A stretch of 64,000 nucleotides of DNA from the NCBI RefSeq assembly GCF_020745735.1, contig NC_083419.1:16514085-16578084 (forward strand). The letters are read 5' to 3'. The notes under the pieces were generated by a model. It did not search any database, was not told where the DNA came from, and saw only the letters and a program-made list of their open reading frames with translations. Position numbers and translations under genes: made by a program. The stretch comes from Hemiscyllium ocellatum (Eukaryota). Below, in pieces: positions 13,040-25,024 of the stretch; position 1 is the stretch's first letter; the number at the start of each line of letters is the position of its first letter.

Positions 13040-13230
13040 AACCACACCCAAGCCCCGCCCACCCTCCTTATTCTGATTGGTAGTCCCGCCCCGTTCAGCC
13101 GGGTTCCTATTGGTTTACATCGCACCAGTGCCTCGCTTTGATTGGATTATGGCCTTGTCAGATGTAGAAGAGTGACAGGGGACCGACCAATAGGAGGGCG
13201 CGTTGCCGCCCCAGTCGCAGTGAGCGATCC
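13040..13230. promoter_or_regulatory. Bidirectional CpG-rich promoter shared by cyb5r3 (-) and endou2-like (+)
   Basis: Lies between the two divergent ATGs (13008 and 13281). GC boxes at 13053-13060, 13085-13092 and 13206-13212; ATTGG at 13076, 13109 and 13141; CCAAT at 13187. CpG is locally enriched in otherwise CpG-poor DNA. Confidence 0.8.
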
Positions 13231-13280
13231 CGAGCTGCGGAGATACTTTGTATCAGAGGCGGCACAGCCCGGGCAGGATC

Positions 13281-13291
13281 ATGGCATCAGG
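13281..13291 (+). CDS. endou2: XendoU-type endoribonuclease, coding exon 1 (MASG, 11 nt)
   Basis: atcATG GCA TCA GG|gtgagt. Phase 2 fits the single leading A of the next exon, and XendoU also begins MAS. Confidence 0.72.
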
Positions 13292-13304
13292 GTGAGTGAC
13301 ACCA

Positions 13305-13770
13305 ACTCCACATCTCCCCTACACCCCCCCAATCCAGCACCACTCCACATCTCCCCTGTCCCCCCAATCCACCTTCACTCCAGATCCACTCCACATCTCC
13401 CCTACACGGTAAAAACAATGACTGCAGACGCTGGAAATCAGATTCTGGATCAGTGGTGCTGGAAGAGCACAGCAGTTCAGGCAGCATCCGAGGAGCAGGA
13501 AAATCGACGTTTCGGGCAAAAGCCCAAACGTCGATTTCGCTGCACTTTGGATGCTGCCTGAACTGCTGTGCTCTTCCAGCACCACTGATCCAGAATCTCC
13601 CCTACACCCCCAATCCAGCTTCACTCCAGATCCACTCTGCATCTCCCCTACACTCCCAATCCACGTTCACTCCAGATCCACTCCACAGCTCCCTTTCACC
13701 CCCCAATCCACCTTCACTCCGCATATCCTCTGACCCTCCCTCACTCGAAATCCACTCCGCATCTCCCCTG
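13305..13770 (+). repeat. C-rich ~45-bp minisatellite (ctccacatctcccctacacccccaatccaccttcactccagatcca)
   Basis: About 6 degenerate units starting just after the endou2 exon-1 donor, interrupted by a fold-back element. Confidence 0.8.
13408..13594. mobile_element. Short fold-back Penelope-terminus element inside a minisatellite
   Basis: The arms are symmetric about the hammerhead stem II gggc aaaa gccc (13514-13525). Flanking repeat atctcccctacac at 13395-13407 and 13595-13607. Confidence 0.85.
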
Positions 13771-14187
13771 TTTAACTCTGTAATTACGGTTAACTCCGTA
13801 ATCTAGCTCCCTCTAGATTCACTTTTCTCCGTTATTCAATCCTGCTATAACCTCATTACGAGTTTCCTCTCCATCTCCAAAATTACTCCGTTATCCATTT
13901 CCTGTCCAACTCCAAACTTCGTTTTTCATCCCCCCAACTCCAGATTGACTACATTACCCGTTCCCGCCCCAAATCCGGATTGACTCCCTTTAGTTTGTGA
14001 GCCGGGTTTGCAATGTCTTCCTGCGAACAGTTACTGAACTGGTCGGAATTTGCAGTTGATTTCTTTCCCGGTTTGCTTGTTGGGACTCATGGCTGAGTTG
14101 TTTGTCGGTGATGTCAATTCCGTCTCCATTTACACAGCAAAACCCCGCTCTTCGGGCGCGTTCGATTGGACAAGAATGTATTATTTA

Positions 14188-14398
14188 GGAACAAAAAGAG
14201 AAATAGCTGGAGAAACTTGGCAGATTTGATAGCATCTATGGAGAGAAAGCAGAGATAACGTCTGCGGTCCAGGAGTTCTGCAGAAGAGGCACCGCACCTA
14301 AACATTAACTCAATCTCTTTCTCCAGGCTCGCTGAGTTTCTCCAGCCATTTCTGATTTTGTTTCAGATTTTCAACCTTCGCAGTTCTTTGTTTTTTTT
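14188..14398. mobile_element. Older fold-back element of a third Penelope-terminus family
   Basis: gaaatagctggagaaact...ctgcagaagaggcaccgcacctaaacattaact...gagtttctccagccatttc. Related copies at 34555-34728 (fold-back), 38635-38750, 42960-43057, 55115-55213 and 61118-61212. Confidence 0.65.
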
Positions 14399-14749
14399 AT
14401 TGTCTTGGAGTCTGACTTGCAGCCCGGATTGGTTGTTATGTGGTTAACATGCATCTAGCCCTCTGGGATCATGAATTCCCTTTTGATTATCTTTAAATCT
14501 GCCCAGAAGATCTCACTAGGGTTGGGTCCCTCTAGGTTGGAGTTTGAACTTAGATCAGCTTGTAGAAAGGACAGACCATTCTTAATACAAAGAAATGTAA
14601 AGTTATATTATTTCAGCAGAAAGTCGATGTGGATTTAATGGCACAGTTCTGAAGCAAGTGGAGCCTGCATGCATTGATCTTTGAAAGTGGCATTACATAG
14701 TAAGGGGGAAGACAACAAAGCATATGAGATCTTTAGACTCATAAATAAA

Positions 14750-15210
14750 GGAGAAAGCGAGGACTGGAAATCAGAGTCAAAATGTGTGGTGCTGGAAAAG
14801 CACAGCAGGTCAAGCAGCATCTGAGGATCAGGAATGGGGGGGGGGGGTCACTGTCCCAAGGGGGCTGAGAGATAAATAAGTGGGGTGGGGAGGCTAGGGG
14901 AAAGTAATAGGTAGATGAAGGTGGGGGGTGATGGTAATAGGGTGGAGTGGATAGGTGGGAAGGAAGATGGACAGAACAGACAGTTCATGAGGGCGGTGCC
15001 GAGTTGGAGGGTTGGACCTGGGATAAGGTAGGGGGAGGAGAGATGAGGAAACAGGTGAAATTAACATTAATGCCATGTGGTTGGAGGGTCCCAAGGCAGA
15101 AGAGGAGGCGTTCTTCCTCCAGGTATCGGGTGGTGAGGATTTGGTGGTGGAGGAGGTCCAGGACTTGCATTTCCTTGGTGGAGTGGGAGGGGTTGGTGAA
15201 GTGGTTGGCC
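14750..15210 (-). mobile_element. Neptune-type Penelope 3' fragment
   Basis: The minus-strand ORF ANHFTNPSHSTKEMQVLDLLH...LEEERLLFCLGTLQPHGIN is homologous to the end of the 23191-24006 ORF and has the same terminus. Confidence 0.8.
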
Positions 15211-16834
15211 ATTGTGTGTGGAATTGAGTACAAAAGCAGAGCAATTATTCTGAACCTTGTTAAGCCTCACCTACAGTATTATGTCCAGACCTGGTCCCTT
15301 CCTGAAGGAAGGGCCCTTGAGAAAATGTGGTGAAGATTTATCAGTGTGGTTTCAAGGAAGGAGGATTTTAGCTCCCAGGTTGGGTCAGAGAAGCTGGAAT
15401 TGTTCACACTGCTGCAAAGGAGATTGAGGAGAGATTTAGTAGAGGTGTAAAAGATGAAAAGTTAGATTATTCATTAGCTAAAGATAAAATGTCACAGGTG
15501 TTAAGGGAGACAGTTCTAAGGTTTTGGGAAAGAGATGCAAGGAAATGTGAAGAAGAACTTTGATCTGAAACTGGCTTCCCACAGAAGGGTGTGGTCATGA
15601 AGGAAGTGGAGGTTAATTAATCAATTAAATGGGTTTTAGACGTCTAATTGAGAATTCTGAAATTGTTGATTGATTTTAGGAAGTGGCTGTTTACTGTGGT
15701 TTTTATAGAATACACCAAGCCTGTTGTCATCAGCTTAAATTACTAGCACTGCACTGCACTAATTAGAATCTTTCTGATATTTTAGTACTGACTGCCTTTC
15801 TTCAAACCTTTGAGCTATCCTAAAATGATTTGGTGCTGTATACTCAGTCTCTTAGTCACAAATTATGTGATACATCAATAGTGTGAGCCACAAGTTAATC
15901 TAACTGATGCAAGGAGATGGTTAGTAATGTCTGGGCAGATGAAGGGGGCAGCAACACAAAATATAGTTAGGTGATGTTGTTAGCCATTCAAATTCCCCCT
16001 CAGTTGACTGCAACAAACATTTCTTTTTAGCACACACTTCAATTAAAATGTCATATTTGTCAAAACTAATGAGCCAATTACAAAACTTTATGGAGTGAAG
16101 GAAAGAATTTTATTGCCTAGTAATGCAGGAAAATAATAAAAATATAACGTCAAACATGTCCAAATGCTTGAGGGAAATAAATTTGCAAGCACTACAGAGA
16201 CATCCTGGGGGATTGGGACTGAACAAATTACTGGACGGAGAGTTGGCATGGTCACCTGGCTGAATGGCCAACTGCACTAAATTGCTATGGTTTTAACCTG
16301 GAGCTCCGCTTTAAGAGCATGATACAAAAAATGTGAAATAATTTCATCCTAATCGACGTATATTCTATCCTAGAAGTGGCAAGGTAGGAACCAAAAAAAC
16401 CAGAAAGTGGACAGCATTTTGCATCTGCCTCTGATTTGTGCAGAATCACTGCTAAAAAAACATTTGAGTAAAATCTTTATGTTGACATGAGCAGCTGTTT
16501 CCTTATCGTTGTGCTATGAGATATAAAACCTGATTAAGAGGTGTCAGCAGTCGGTTAAGAAATGTGAATCAGACAAAATGTTGCTTTTGCCTTTAATCTC
16601 TGTTTAGTCTAATTTTTTATATATATTCCCAAATATTTCATTAGCCTTTTTGATACTTTGTTACTGTTTGGCTTGCTACATTTTCATTATGCAGGAAGAG
16701 TGGATTATTCCTGAAAAGGGAATTGAATCAGAATCTGAGAAAAACTAAATGTTATCTCTGACTATCTCTAGTCTGTGTTTGTTCCTGCACTTAAGTTTTC
16801 ATTGAGCTTATCCTTGAGATTTTCATTTGTTACT

Positions 16835-17720
16835 AGCACAAGAATATAAGGACCAGAAGCAGGAGTAGGCCATAAGGCCCATCGAGCCTGCCCTGCCATT
16901 CGATAAGATCATGGCTGATCTTTTTGTGCCCTCAGCTTCACTTACCCGCCCACTCACCATAACTCTTAATTCCTTTACTGTTCAAAATTTATCAATCTTA
17001 GCTTTAAAAACATTGAATGAGGAAGCCTCAACTACTCCACTGGACAAGGGATTCCACAGATTCACAACCCTGTGGATGAAGAAGTTCCTCCTCAATTCAG
17101 TTCTAAATCTGCTCCCCTTAATTTTTGAGGCTATGCCCTCTCGTTCTAGTTTCACCTTCCAGTGGAAACATCCTCTACTTCTTTCCGGTCTATTCCCTTC
17201 ATAATGTTATATGTTTCTCTAAGATCCCCCCCATATTCTTTTGCATTCCAATGAATACAAACGCAGTCTCTCCTCATAGGCCAATTCCCTCAGTTCCTGA
17301 ATCAACCTCGTGAATCTCCTCTGCACTCCCTCTAGTGCCAGAACATCCTTTCTCAAGTAAGGAGAACAAACTTACACACAGTACTCCAGGCGTGGCATCA
17401 CCAGTGCACTGTACAGCTGCAATATAATCTCCCTGCTTTTAAACTCAATCTCTCTAGCAATGAAGGATAAAATTCCATTTGTCTTCATAATTACCTGCTG
17501 CACCTGCAGACCGACCTCCTATGATCCATGCACAAGGGCACCCAGGTCCTTCTGCACAACACCTTGCTGCGATTTCTTGCCATTCAAGTAATAGTCCTTT
17601 TTACTGTTATTCCTACCAAAATGGATGACTTCACATTTATTAATGTTGTACTCCCTTTGCCCTTTCTCTTAAACTATCTATGTTACTCTGCAAACTTTCA
17701 TAGTCATGCACGCTTTGCTC
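16835..17720 (-). mobile_element. CR1 LINE 3' fragment
   Basis: Typical antisense CR1 text (aggagtaggccat..., ttccacagattcacaaccc, cacagtactccagg). Similar fragments at ~9030-9720, 31645-31837, 40700-41005, 42150-42620 and 53375-53700. Confidence 0.8.
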
Positions 17721-18392
17721 TACATAATTCACATCAAGCACTATTGAAGACCAAGCTTGGACAATGGACAATGTTTTCTGCAGTGAAGGAATTAATGAAA
17801 ATCGTCTCCACCTCCTTACTGCCTCTCTTTATACTTTATCATTGCTCTGTGATCCATTTTCCCAAGATATAATCTAGCGTAATGAAGCTGGCTGGTATAT
17901 TGTGTAATCACCGGGTAATGAATACCTTTAACAAGAGATAATTGAACTGTCTCCCCATGGCATTGATTGACATTACCATTGCTAAATCCTCCACTACTGA
18001 TCAGAAACTTAACTGGACCAGCTACAAGATTAGGTTTGAGGCTAAAGGTTTACAGCAAGTAATTGACCTCCTGACTCCACGAAACCTGGAAACCATCTAC
18101 AAGGTACATGTCAGCAGTCTGATGGAATACTCCCCACATTCCTGGAGGAGCTCAGCTCCAACAATGTTACAGAAGCTTGACATTGTCCAGGACAAAGCAC
18201 CCCACTTTGTTGGCACCACACCACAAGCATTCAACCCCTGTAGCATGTGGGAGTGTAATGGAGGTAGGAAAATTCACAAACTCTTAAAAAACACTTGGAT
18301 GAGCACTTAAAGTGGAGTAACATTCAAACCGTGGGCCAAGTGCAGTAAAGTGACACTAGTATAGGTGGTATTATATTTTTGGCAGTCTATGG

Positions 18393-18678
18393 GCAGCACT
18401 GCTGTCTCACAGCACCAGAGACCCGGGTTCAATTCCCACCTCAGGCGACTCTGTGTGGAGTTTGCACATTCTCCCCGTGTCTGCATGGGTTTCCTCCAGG
18501 TGCTCCAGTTTCCTCCCACAATCCAAAAATGTACAGGTTAGGTGAACTGGCTATGCTAAATTGCCTGTAATGTTAGGTGTAGGGGAATGGGTCTGGGTGG
18601 GTTGCACTTTGGCGGGTTGGTGTGGACTTGTTGGGCCGAAGGGCCTGTTTCCACACTAAGTAATCTAATCTAATCTAA
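18393..18678 (+). mobile_element. HE1-type V-SINE (slightly 5'-truncated)
   Basis: Same B-box, V-domain and taatctaatctaatcta tail. Confidence 0.85.
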
Positions 18679-21600
18679 ACTCAAAGGTCCAAAGGGCCTC
18701 TTTTGTACTACGTGATTCTATGACATTCAATAGCTGCAGAGTGTACCATCCTCAAGATGTATTGCAGAAATTTACCAAATATCCTTGGATAATATCTTCC
18801 AAATTCTTAACCTTAGCATTTAGAAAGACAAGGAGAATGGGTACATGGGAACACCACCAAGTTCCCGTCCAAGCCACTCACCGTCGTGACTTGGAAATAT
18901 ATTTTCAGACCATCAGTGTGGTTGGGTCAAAATTCTGGAACTCCCTCACTAATGGTATTGTGCTATGGGTACACCCACATGTACAACAGCAGTTCAAGAA
19001 GGGACGTAGTTAACAGTTTCTCAAAATGCAGTTAGGGATGGGCAATAAATTCTGGCTCAGTCAGTAACACCCACATCCTGTCAGAGAAAAGAAAATCTGT
19101 GTGAAACACTGCACAAATTCCCCTTCAATAAGACCTTACAAACCTGCATCCACTACCACCTGGAAAGACAAGGGTAAGAGATGCATAGGAACACCAAGTT
19201 CCCCTCCAAGCCTCAAACAATTCTGACTTGGAATGGTATTGCTGTTCCTTCAATGTCATTGGGTCAAAATCCAGGAACTCCTCCTCCTCCCCAATAACAC
19301 TCTAACTGTACCTACACTGCATGGACTGTAGAGGTAAAAGTAAAGTTGCTACAGTCACAGAGGATCATGGGGCTGCTCTCTCATTGGAAAGAGAGGAATG
19401 GTGTTGAGTTTAACCTGAGAGTCACAGTGGGTCTGGTAAGGAGCAAGGTTGAGAAGGCAGGACCTTCATGGTTTACTCAGTAGATGTGGGAATTGAACCT
19501 GTACTGTGGGCATCACTCTGCATTGCAACCAGCCAACTGAGCTAACCAACTCCCTTTGATGTTGAAGATGATGGCTCACCACCACTTTCTTAAGGGCAAT
19601 TGGGGGTGGGAAATAAATGCTGGCCCAGCCAGTGATACCCACACCTTGTATATAAAAAAAACACCCAGTGTCGTTCAGGTTGCCAGTTGCTGTTGGACCT
19701 CGATAAGACAGTTGTCTCATTCACAGTAGACAGGCAGGAGGCTGGAAGAACACTGTAAGCCAAGCAGCATCAGGAGGCTGGGGAAATCAACATTTTTGGG
19801 TGTAACCCTTAAAGCTTATTTGGTAATTGCTGCCTCAGTGTGCAGCAGGTCTTGCACCTTCACAATACCTTTCACAACCTCAGGAGCATCTGAAATATTT
19901 TGCATCTGGCCTTAATTATATGGGATTGGTAACAGGTGTTGTACAAAGCACAGGTGGATTAATCTCCTGTGTTGCTCTGTCTGAATTGTGCTGATCTGTT
20001 TCCTAAAGGTTGTTTTGAGAACTCTGTCTTTGAATCACCCTTTGTGAATTGTCAGGGCAAATCATACCAATTTGGAGGCAGGATTGGCAGGGGGAACTGT
20101 TGCTGGTGTTTACTGCTGTTTCCACTGAGTCTTTTCCCATCTCAAGGCCATTTTTGGTGAATTTGGCAATGAATGTTATGTAAATAAGCAACATCTGAGT
20201 TGAATCTGGTGTCATATAACATTATTATGGAGCAGCTGGCAGATGCTGTGCACACTGTGTAGCTGTCCACAATGTGCCTATACATAGTATGGTACAACAC
20301 ATATAGTGCCATTTGAGTCATCATGCCCACATAGTCTTTTTAAAAGAGTGATCTAATTAATCCCCCTCACCTGTTCTTTTCCTGTCACCTACTTTAATAC
20401 TCCCCCATTGAGCATTTATTCCATTCCCTTTTGAAAGTTAGCACTGAATCTGTTCCTACCAGCCTTTTAGGCAACACATTCTAACTCACAACCATTCGTT
20501 ATGTAAAAATTGAACATTTCCTCATGTTGCCCTCTACGTTTTGTTACTATTTCCCCCCGAGTATGTTTCATCGGTTATAAACGCTCTGTCACCGGAAGCA
20601 GATTAAGTTAGCTGGAAGTCTAAATTATGTTGCACCTCTGCCTCAAACTCTTACAAGGTGAATTCCGCATGAGTAAGTGTGGTGCCCTTCCACTGAGAGA
20701 TGACCAGATAAACTCATTCCCTGTCTCTTAAATGGCTAGCCACAAAAGAATTGAGCTGTAAATCTGTTTTGAATTTGTGGTCAGGAGACAGGCTATACTG
20801 AAACAGGAAGCTCAAGTTCATTTTTAGCAGCATTCTGCTTGATTGCCAACTGTTATAACGTTTTCTGTTTGTGGAGTCTTTGATATTCCCTCAGTTTAAT
20901 GCCTTGAAGAGCAACTTACAGCTGCACCACTTACATCACCAAAATGACTTGTTTTCAGCAGGATCATTTCTGCTGAGTGTCATGTTATTTTCCAAAAACC
21001 ATTAAAAGGCAGCAGTTCTGTCCTGAGCATTTGCTGTAAACTGACATCTATCAGGCTCAATCATTCAGCAGAGTAAGAAGAATGTCTCCACTGTGTGTAA
21101 CATAGGCTGCTCACATTTAATTTCCCTAACCGGGTAGTAAAGGAAATATCTAACTGGATCTGTAAGGAGCAGGAATCCAGGCACTCGGGAGGACAGGAAT
21201 TAGCAATAAGAGTGTGCAGGCTTTCCAACTTACACCACATGCACTGGGACGTATTGCAGACACTGCCCACATTCTTCCTGAGTACAGAGGACAATGCAAA
21301 CTGGTCAAATCAAAGCTGCTTTTGCACCGAAAGTAGTTTTCAGTTTGATGACAAAATAAAACTTCAAAGACGAACGTAAGCCTATTTGCCTTGATTAGCA
21401 TCCAGTGGAAAACCTTTCTTAAAATAAGTTGATCAGATGTGAATGCCAGCATGTTTTGCTTACAATTTTCTTGTGTCTTTTTGTTCTGAGATACGTTTTG
21501 CTATTTGGAACAGAGTGGTTGTGAAAATGTGATCTTGAGGAAGAGTGATGTGACAGAAATAGTTCCTGCATGAGACTTGTTAAAGCAGAAGGACTGCATT

Positions 21601-23022
21601 TAACTTTGAATTTAATGATTTAAGTAGTTTAGGTGAACTGTTTGACATCTCTACTGCTTGAGTATAGTCTCAGTTACAATGATATGCAAATGCATCAACA
21701 CAATTGTGGACAGCAAGCTCCCACAAATTGTAATAATGCGAAATACGTATTCTGTTTTAGTCAAATCAAAGGAAAATGTTAATGCCATTCCTGTTACCAC
21801 AGATGCTGCAAGACTTAGAGTTTCTTCAGCATTTTCAGTTTTTATTTCTACTTTAGTTAATTTAATTAAGGGATAACCCAGAACCAGGACAACTACCTGA
21901 CCATCGTTTTATTCATTCATGGGTTATGGGTGTCTCTGGCTAGGCTAGCATTTATTGTCCATTTATAATTGCCCAGAGGGCAGTTAAGGATCCACCAGTC
22001 TCTGTGGGTTTGGAGTGACTTGTTGTGCCAGCCCCAGGTAAGAACTGGCCAGCTTCCTTCCCTAAAGGACAATAGTGACCCAGATGGGTTTTTCTTGATA
22101 ATCGACAATGGATTCATGGTCATCATTAGATTCTTAATTCAGATTTTTCCTTAAACTGAATTCAGATTCCATCATCTGTTGTGGTGGATTTTGAACCTGG
22201 GTCCCCCAAACATCATAGGAACAAATTATAGCAAATGCTGGAATCTAGACTGGAAACAACAAATGCTGGGGACCACAGTGGGTCAGACAGTATCCATAGA
22301 AAGACAGGGAGAGAGAGAAAGCTAATGTTTCAAGTCTGGATGACCTGTAGAGGAAACAAAGCGTGCTGTCTTTCCATTCATGCTGATGACCCCCTCCCCT
22401 GTGATCTCCAATGTTTGTTGTTTTCCACAGAACATTATCTGGATCTCTGGATTAATAGTCTAGCCATTGCCTCCCAAAAATGCCCCCTCTCTTCTTTAAA
22501 ATAGTGTTGCTGGGTAGAAACATGGAAATATTATGATATTTCCCCCTTGCAGTCTGCTCTGCCATTCAGTATGACTATGGCCAGTCATCCAACTCCTCAC
22601 CCTCTTCCTGCTTGCTTCCCATGCCTTTTGATTCCTTTAGCCCTCAAAACTGCCTTCTACCTCCTCCATGAAAATGTTCTCTCCTTTCTGGGGCAGAGAA
22701 TTCCACAGGCTCATCGTTGTCTGGGAGAAGAAATTTCTCCCCTCTCAGCCCTTCATGGCCAATCCCATACCCTCAAGACTATGACCTTTTACTTCCATTT
22801 GAGACGGTCGACAGGAATAATACTTTCCCTGAAGAAAATTAATAAGTAATAATACTCAGGGTTGTGTGGTGCGATAGAAGTGTCTGTATCTCTGGACCAG
22901 AAATTCTAGGCTCAAAATTCACCTTCGGGTAAAATGTGAGGTCTGCAGATGCTGGAGATCACAGTTGAAAATGTGTTGCTGGTTAAAGCACAGCAGGTTA
23001 GGCAGCATCCAAGGAATAGGAA

Positions 23023-23058
23023 ATTCGACGTTTCGGGCATAAGCCCTTCATCAGGAAT
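23023..23058 (-). ncRNA. Minimal type I hammerhead ribozyme motif
   Basis: Exact reverse complement of the 24989-25024 motif. Confidence 0.85.
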
Positions 23059-24988
23059 GAGGAGAGGGTGCCAGGCAGGCTAAGATAAAAGGTAGGGAGG
23101 AGGGACTTGGGGCAGGGGCGATGGAGATGTGATAGGTGGAAGGAGGTCAAGGTGAGGGTGATAGGCCGGGGTGGGGTGGGGGCGGAGAGGTTAGGAAGAA
23201 GATTGCAGGTTGGGAGGGCGGTGCTGAGTTGAGGGAACCAACTGAGACAAGGTGGCGGGAGGGGAAATGAGGAAACTGGAGAAGTCTGAGTTCATCCCTT
23301 GTGGTTGGAGGGTTCCCAGGCGGAAGATGAGGCGTTCTTCCTCCAACCGTCGTGTTGTTATGTTTTGCCGGTGGAGGAGTCCAAGGACTTGCATGTCCTC
23401 GGTGGAGTGGGAGGGAGAGTTAAAGTGTTGAGCCACGGGGTGGTTGGGTTGGTTGGTCCGGGCGTCCCTGAGGTGTTCTCTGAAGCGTTCCGCAAGTAAG
23501 CGGCCCGTCTCCCCAATGTAGAGGAGGCCACATCGGGTGCAGCAGATGCAATAGATGATGTGTGTGGAGGTACAGGTGAACTTGTGGCGGATATGGAAGG
23601 ATCCCTTGGGGCCTTGGAGGGAAGTGAGGGAGGAGGTGTGGGCGCAAGTTTTACATTTCCTGCGGTTGCAGGGGAAGGTGCCGGGAGTGGAGGTTGGGTT
23701 GGTGGGGGGTGTGGACCTGACGCGGGAGTCACGAAGGGAGTGGTCTTCGCGGAACGCTGATAGGGGAGGGGAGTGAAATATATCCCTGGCGGTGGGGTCC
23801 GTTTGGAGGTGGCGGAAATGACGGCGGATGATACGTTGTATACGGAGGTTGGTGGGGTGGTAGGTGAGAACCAGTGGGGTTCTGTCTTGGTGGCGGTTGG
23901 AGGAGCGGGGCTCAAGGGCGGAGGAGCGGGAAGTGGAGGAGATGCGGTGGAGGGCATCGTCGATCACGTTTGGGGGGAATCTGTGGTCCTTGGAGAAGGA
24001 GGCCATCTGGGCTGTGCGGTGTTGGAACTGGTCCTCCTGGGAGCAGATGTGGCGGAGATGAAGGAATTGGGAATATGGAATGGAGTTTTTACAGGGGGCA
24101 GGGTGAGAGGAGGTGTAGTCCAGATAGCTGTGGGAGTCAGTCGGTTTATAGTGGATGTCTGTGTTGAGTCGGTCGCCTGAGATAGAAATGGAAAGGTCTA
24201 GGAAGGGGAGGGAGGAGTCTGAGACAGTCCAGGTGAATTTGAGGTCAGGATGGAAGGTGTTAGTAAAGTTGATGAACTGTTCAACCTCCTCGTGGGAGCA
24301 CGAGGCAGCGCCGATACAGTCATCGATGTAGCGGAGGAAAAGGTGGGGGTGGTGCCAGTGTAGTTGCGGAAGATGGACTGTTCCACATATCCTACGAAGA
24401 GACAGGCATAGCTGGGGCCCATGCGGGTGCCCATGGCAACTCCTTTAGTTTGGAGAAAGTGGGAGGACTGAAAAGAGAAGTTATTCAGGGTGAGGACCAG
24501 TTCAATCAGTCGAAGGAGGGTGTCAGTGGAAGGGTACTGGTTGGTGCGGCGGGAAAGGAAGAAGCGGAGGGTTTTGAGTCCTTCGTGATGGGGGTTGGAG
24601 GTGTACAGGGACTGGATGTCCATCGTGAAAATAAGGCATTGGGGACCGGGGAAGCGAAAATCCTGGAGCAGGTGGAGGGCGTGGGTGGTGTCCCGAACGT
24701 AGGTGGGGAGTTCTTGGACTAAAGGGGACAGAACCGTGTCAAGGTATGCGGTGATGAGTTCGGTGGGGCAGGAGCAGGCTGAGACAATGGGTCGGCCGGG
24801 GCATTCAGGTTCCCTCAACTCAGCACCGCCCTCCTAACCTGCAATCTTCTTCCTAACCTCTCCGCCCCCACCCCACCCCGGCCTATCACCCTCACCTTGA
24901 CCTCCTTCCACCTATCACATCTCCATCTCCCCTCCCCCAAGTCCCTCCTCCCTACCTTTTATCTTAGCCTGCCTGGCACCCTCTCCTC

Positions 24989-25024
24989 ATTCCTGATGAA
25001 GGGCTTATGCCCGAAACGTCGAAT
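24989..25024 (+). ncRNA. Minimal type I hammerhead ribozyme motif (Penelope terminus)
   Basis: attc-CTGATGA-a-gggc ttat gccc-GAAA-cGTC-gaat. Core intact, 4-bp stem II, stem I attc/gaat, palindromic ACGT stem III. Predicted cleavage after 25020. Confidence 0.85.

Noticed and set aside
12778-13806. ORFs of 107-139 aa around the promoter
   Set aside because: They come from low-complexity tracts, the minisatellite and a fold-back element. The true coding parts are the 21-nt and 11-nt exons.
23299-24722. Several overlapping Pro-rich or Gly-rich ORFs in the track
   Set aside because: They are alternative-frame and antisense shadows of the GC-rich Penelope ORF.
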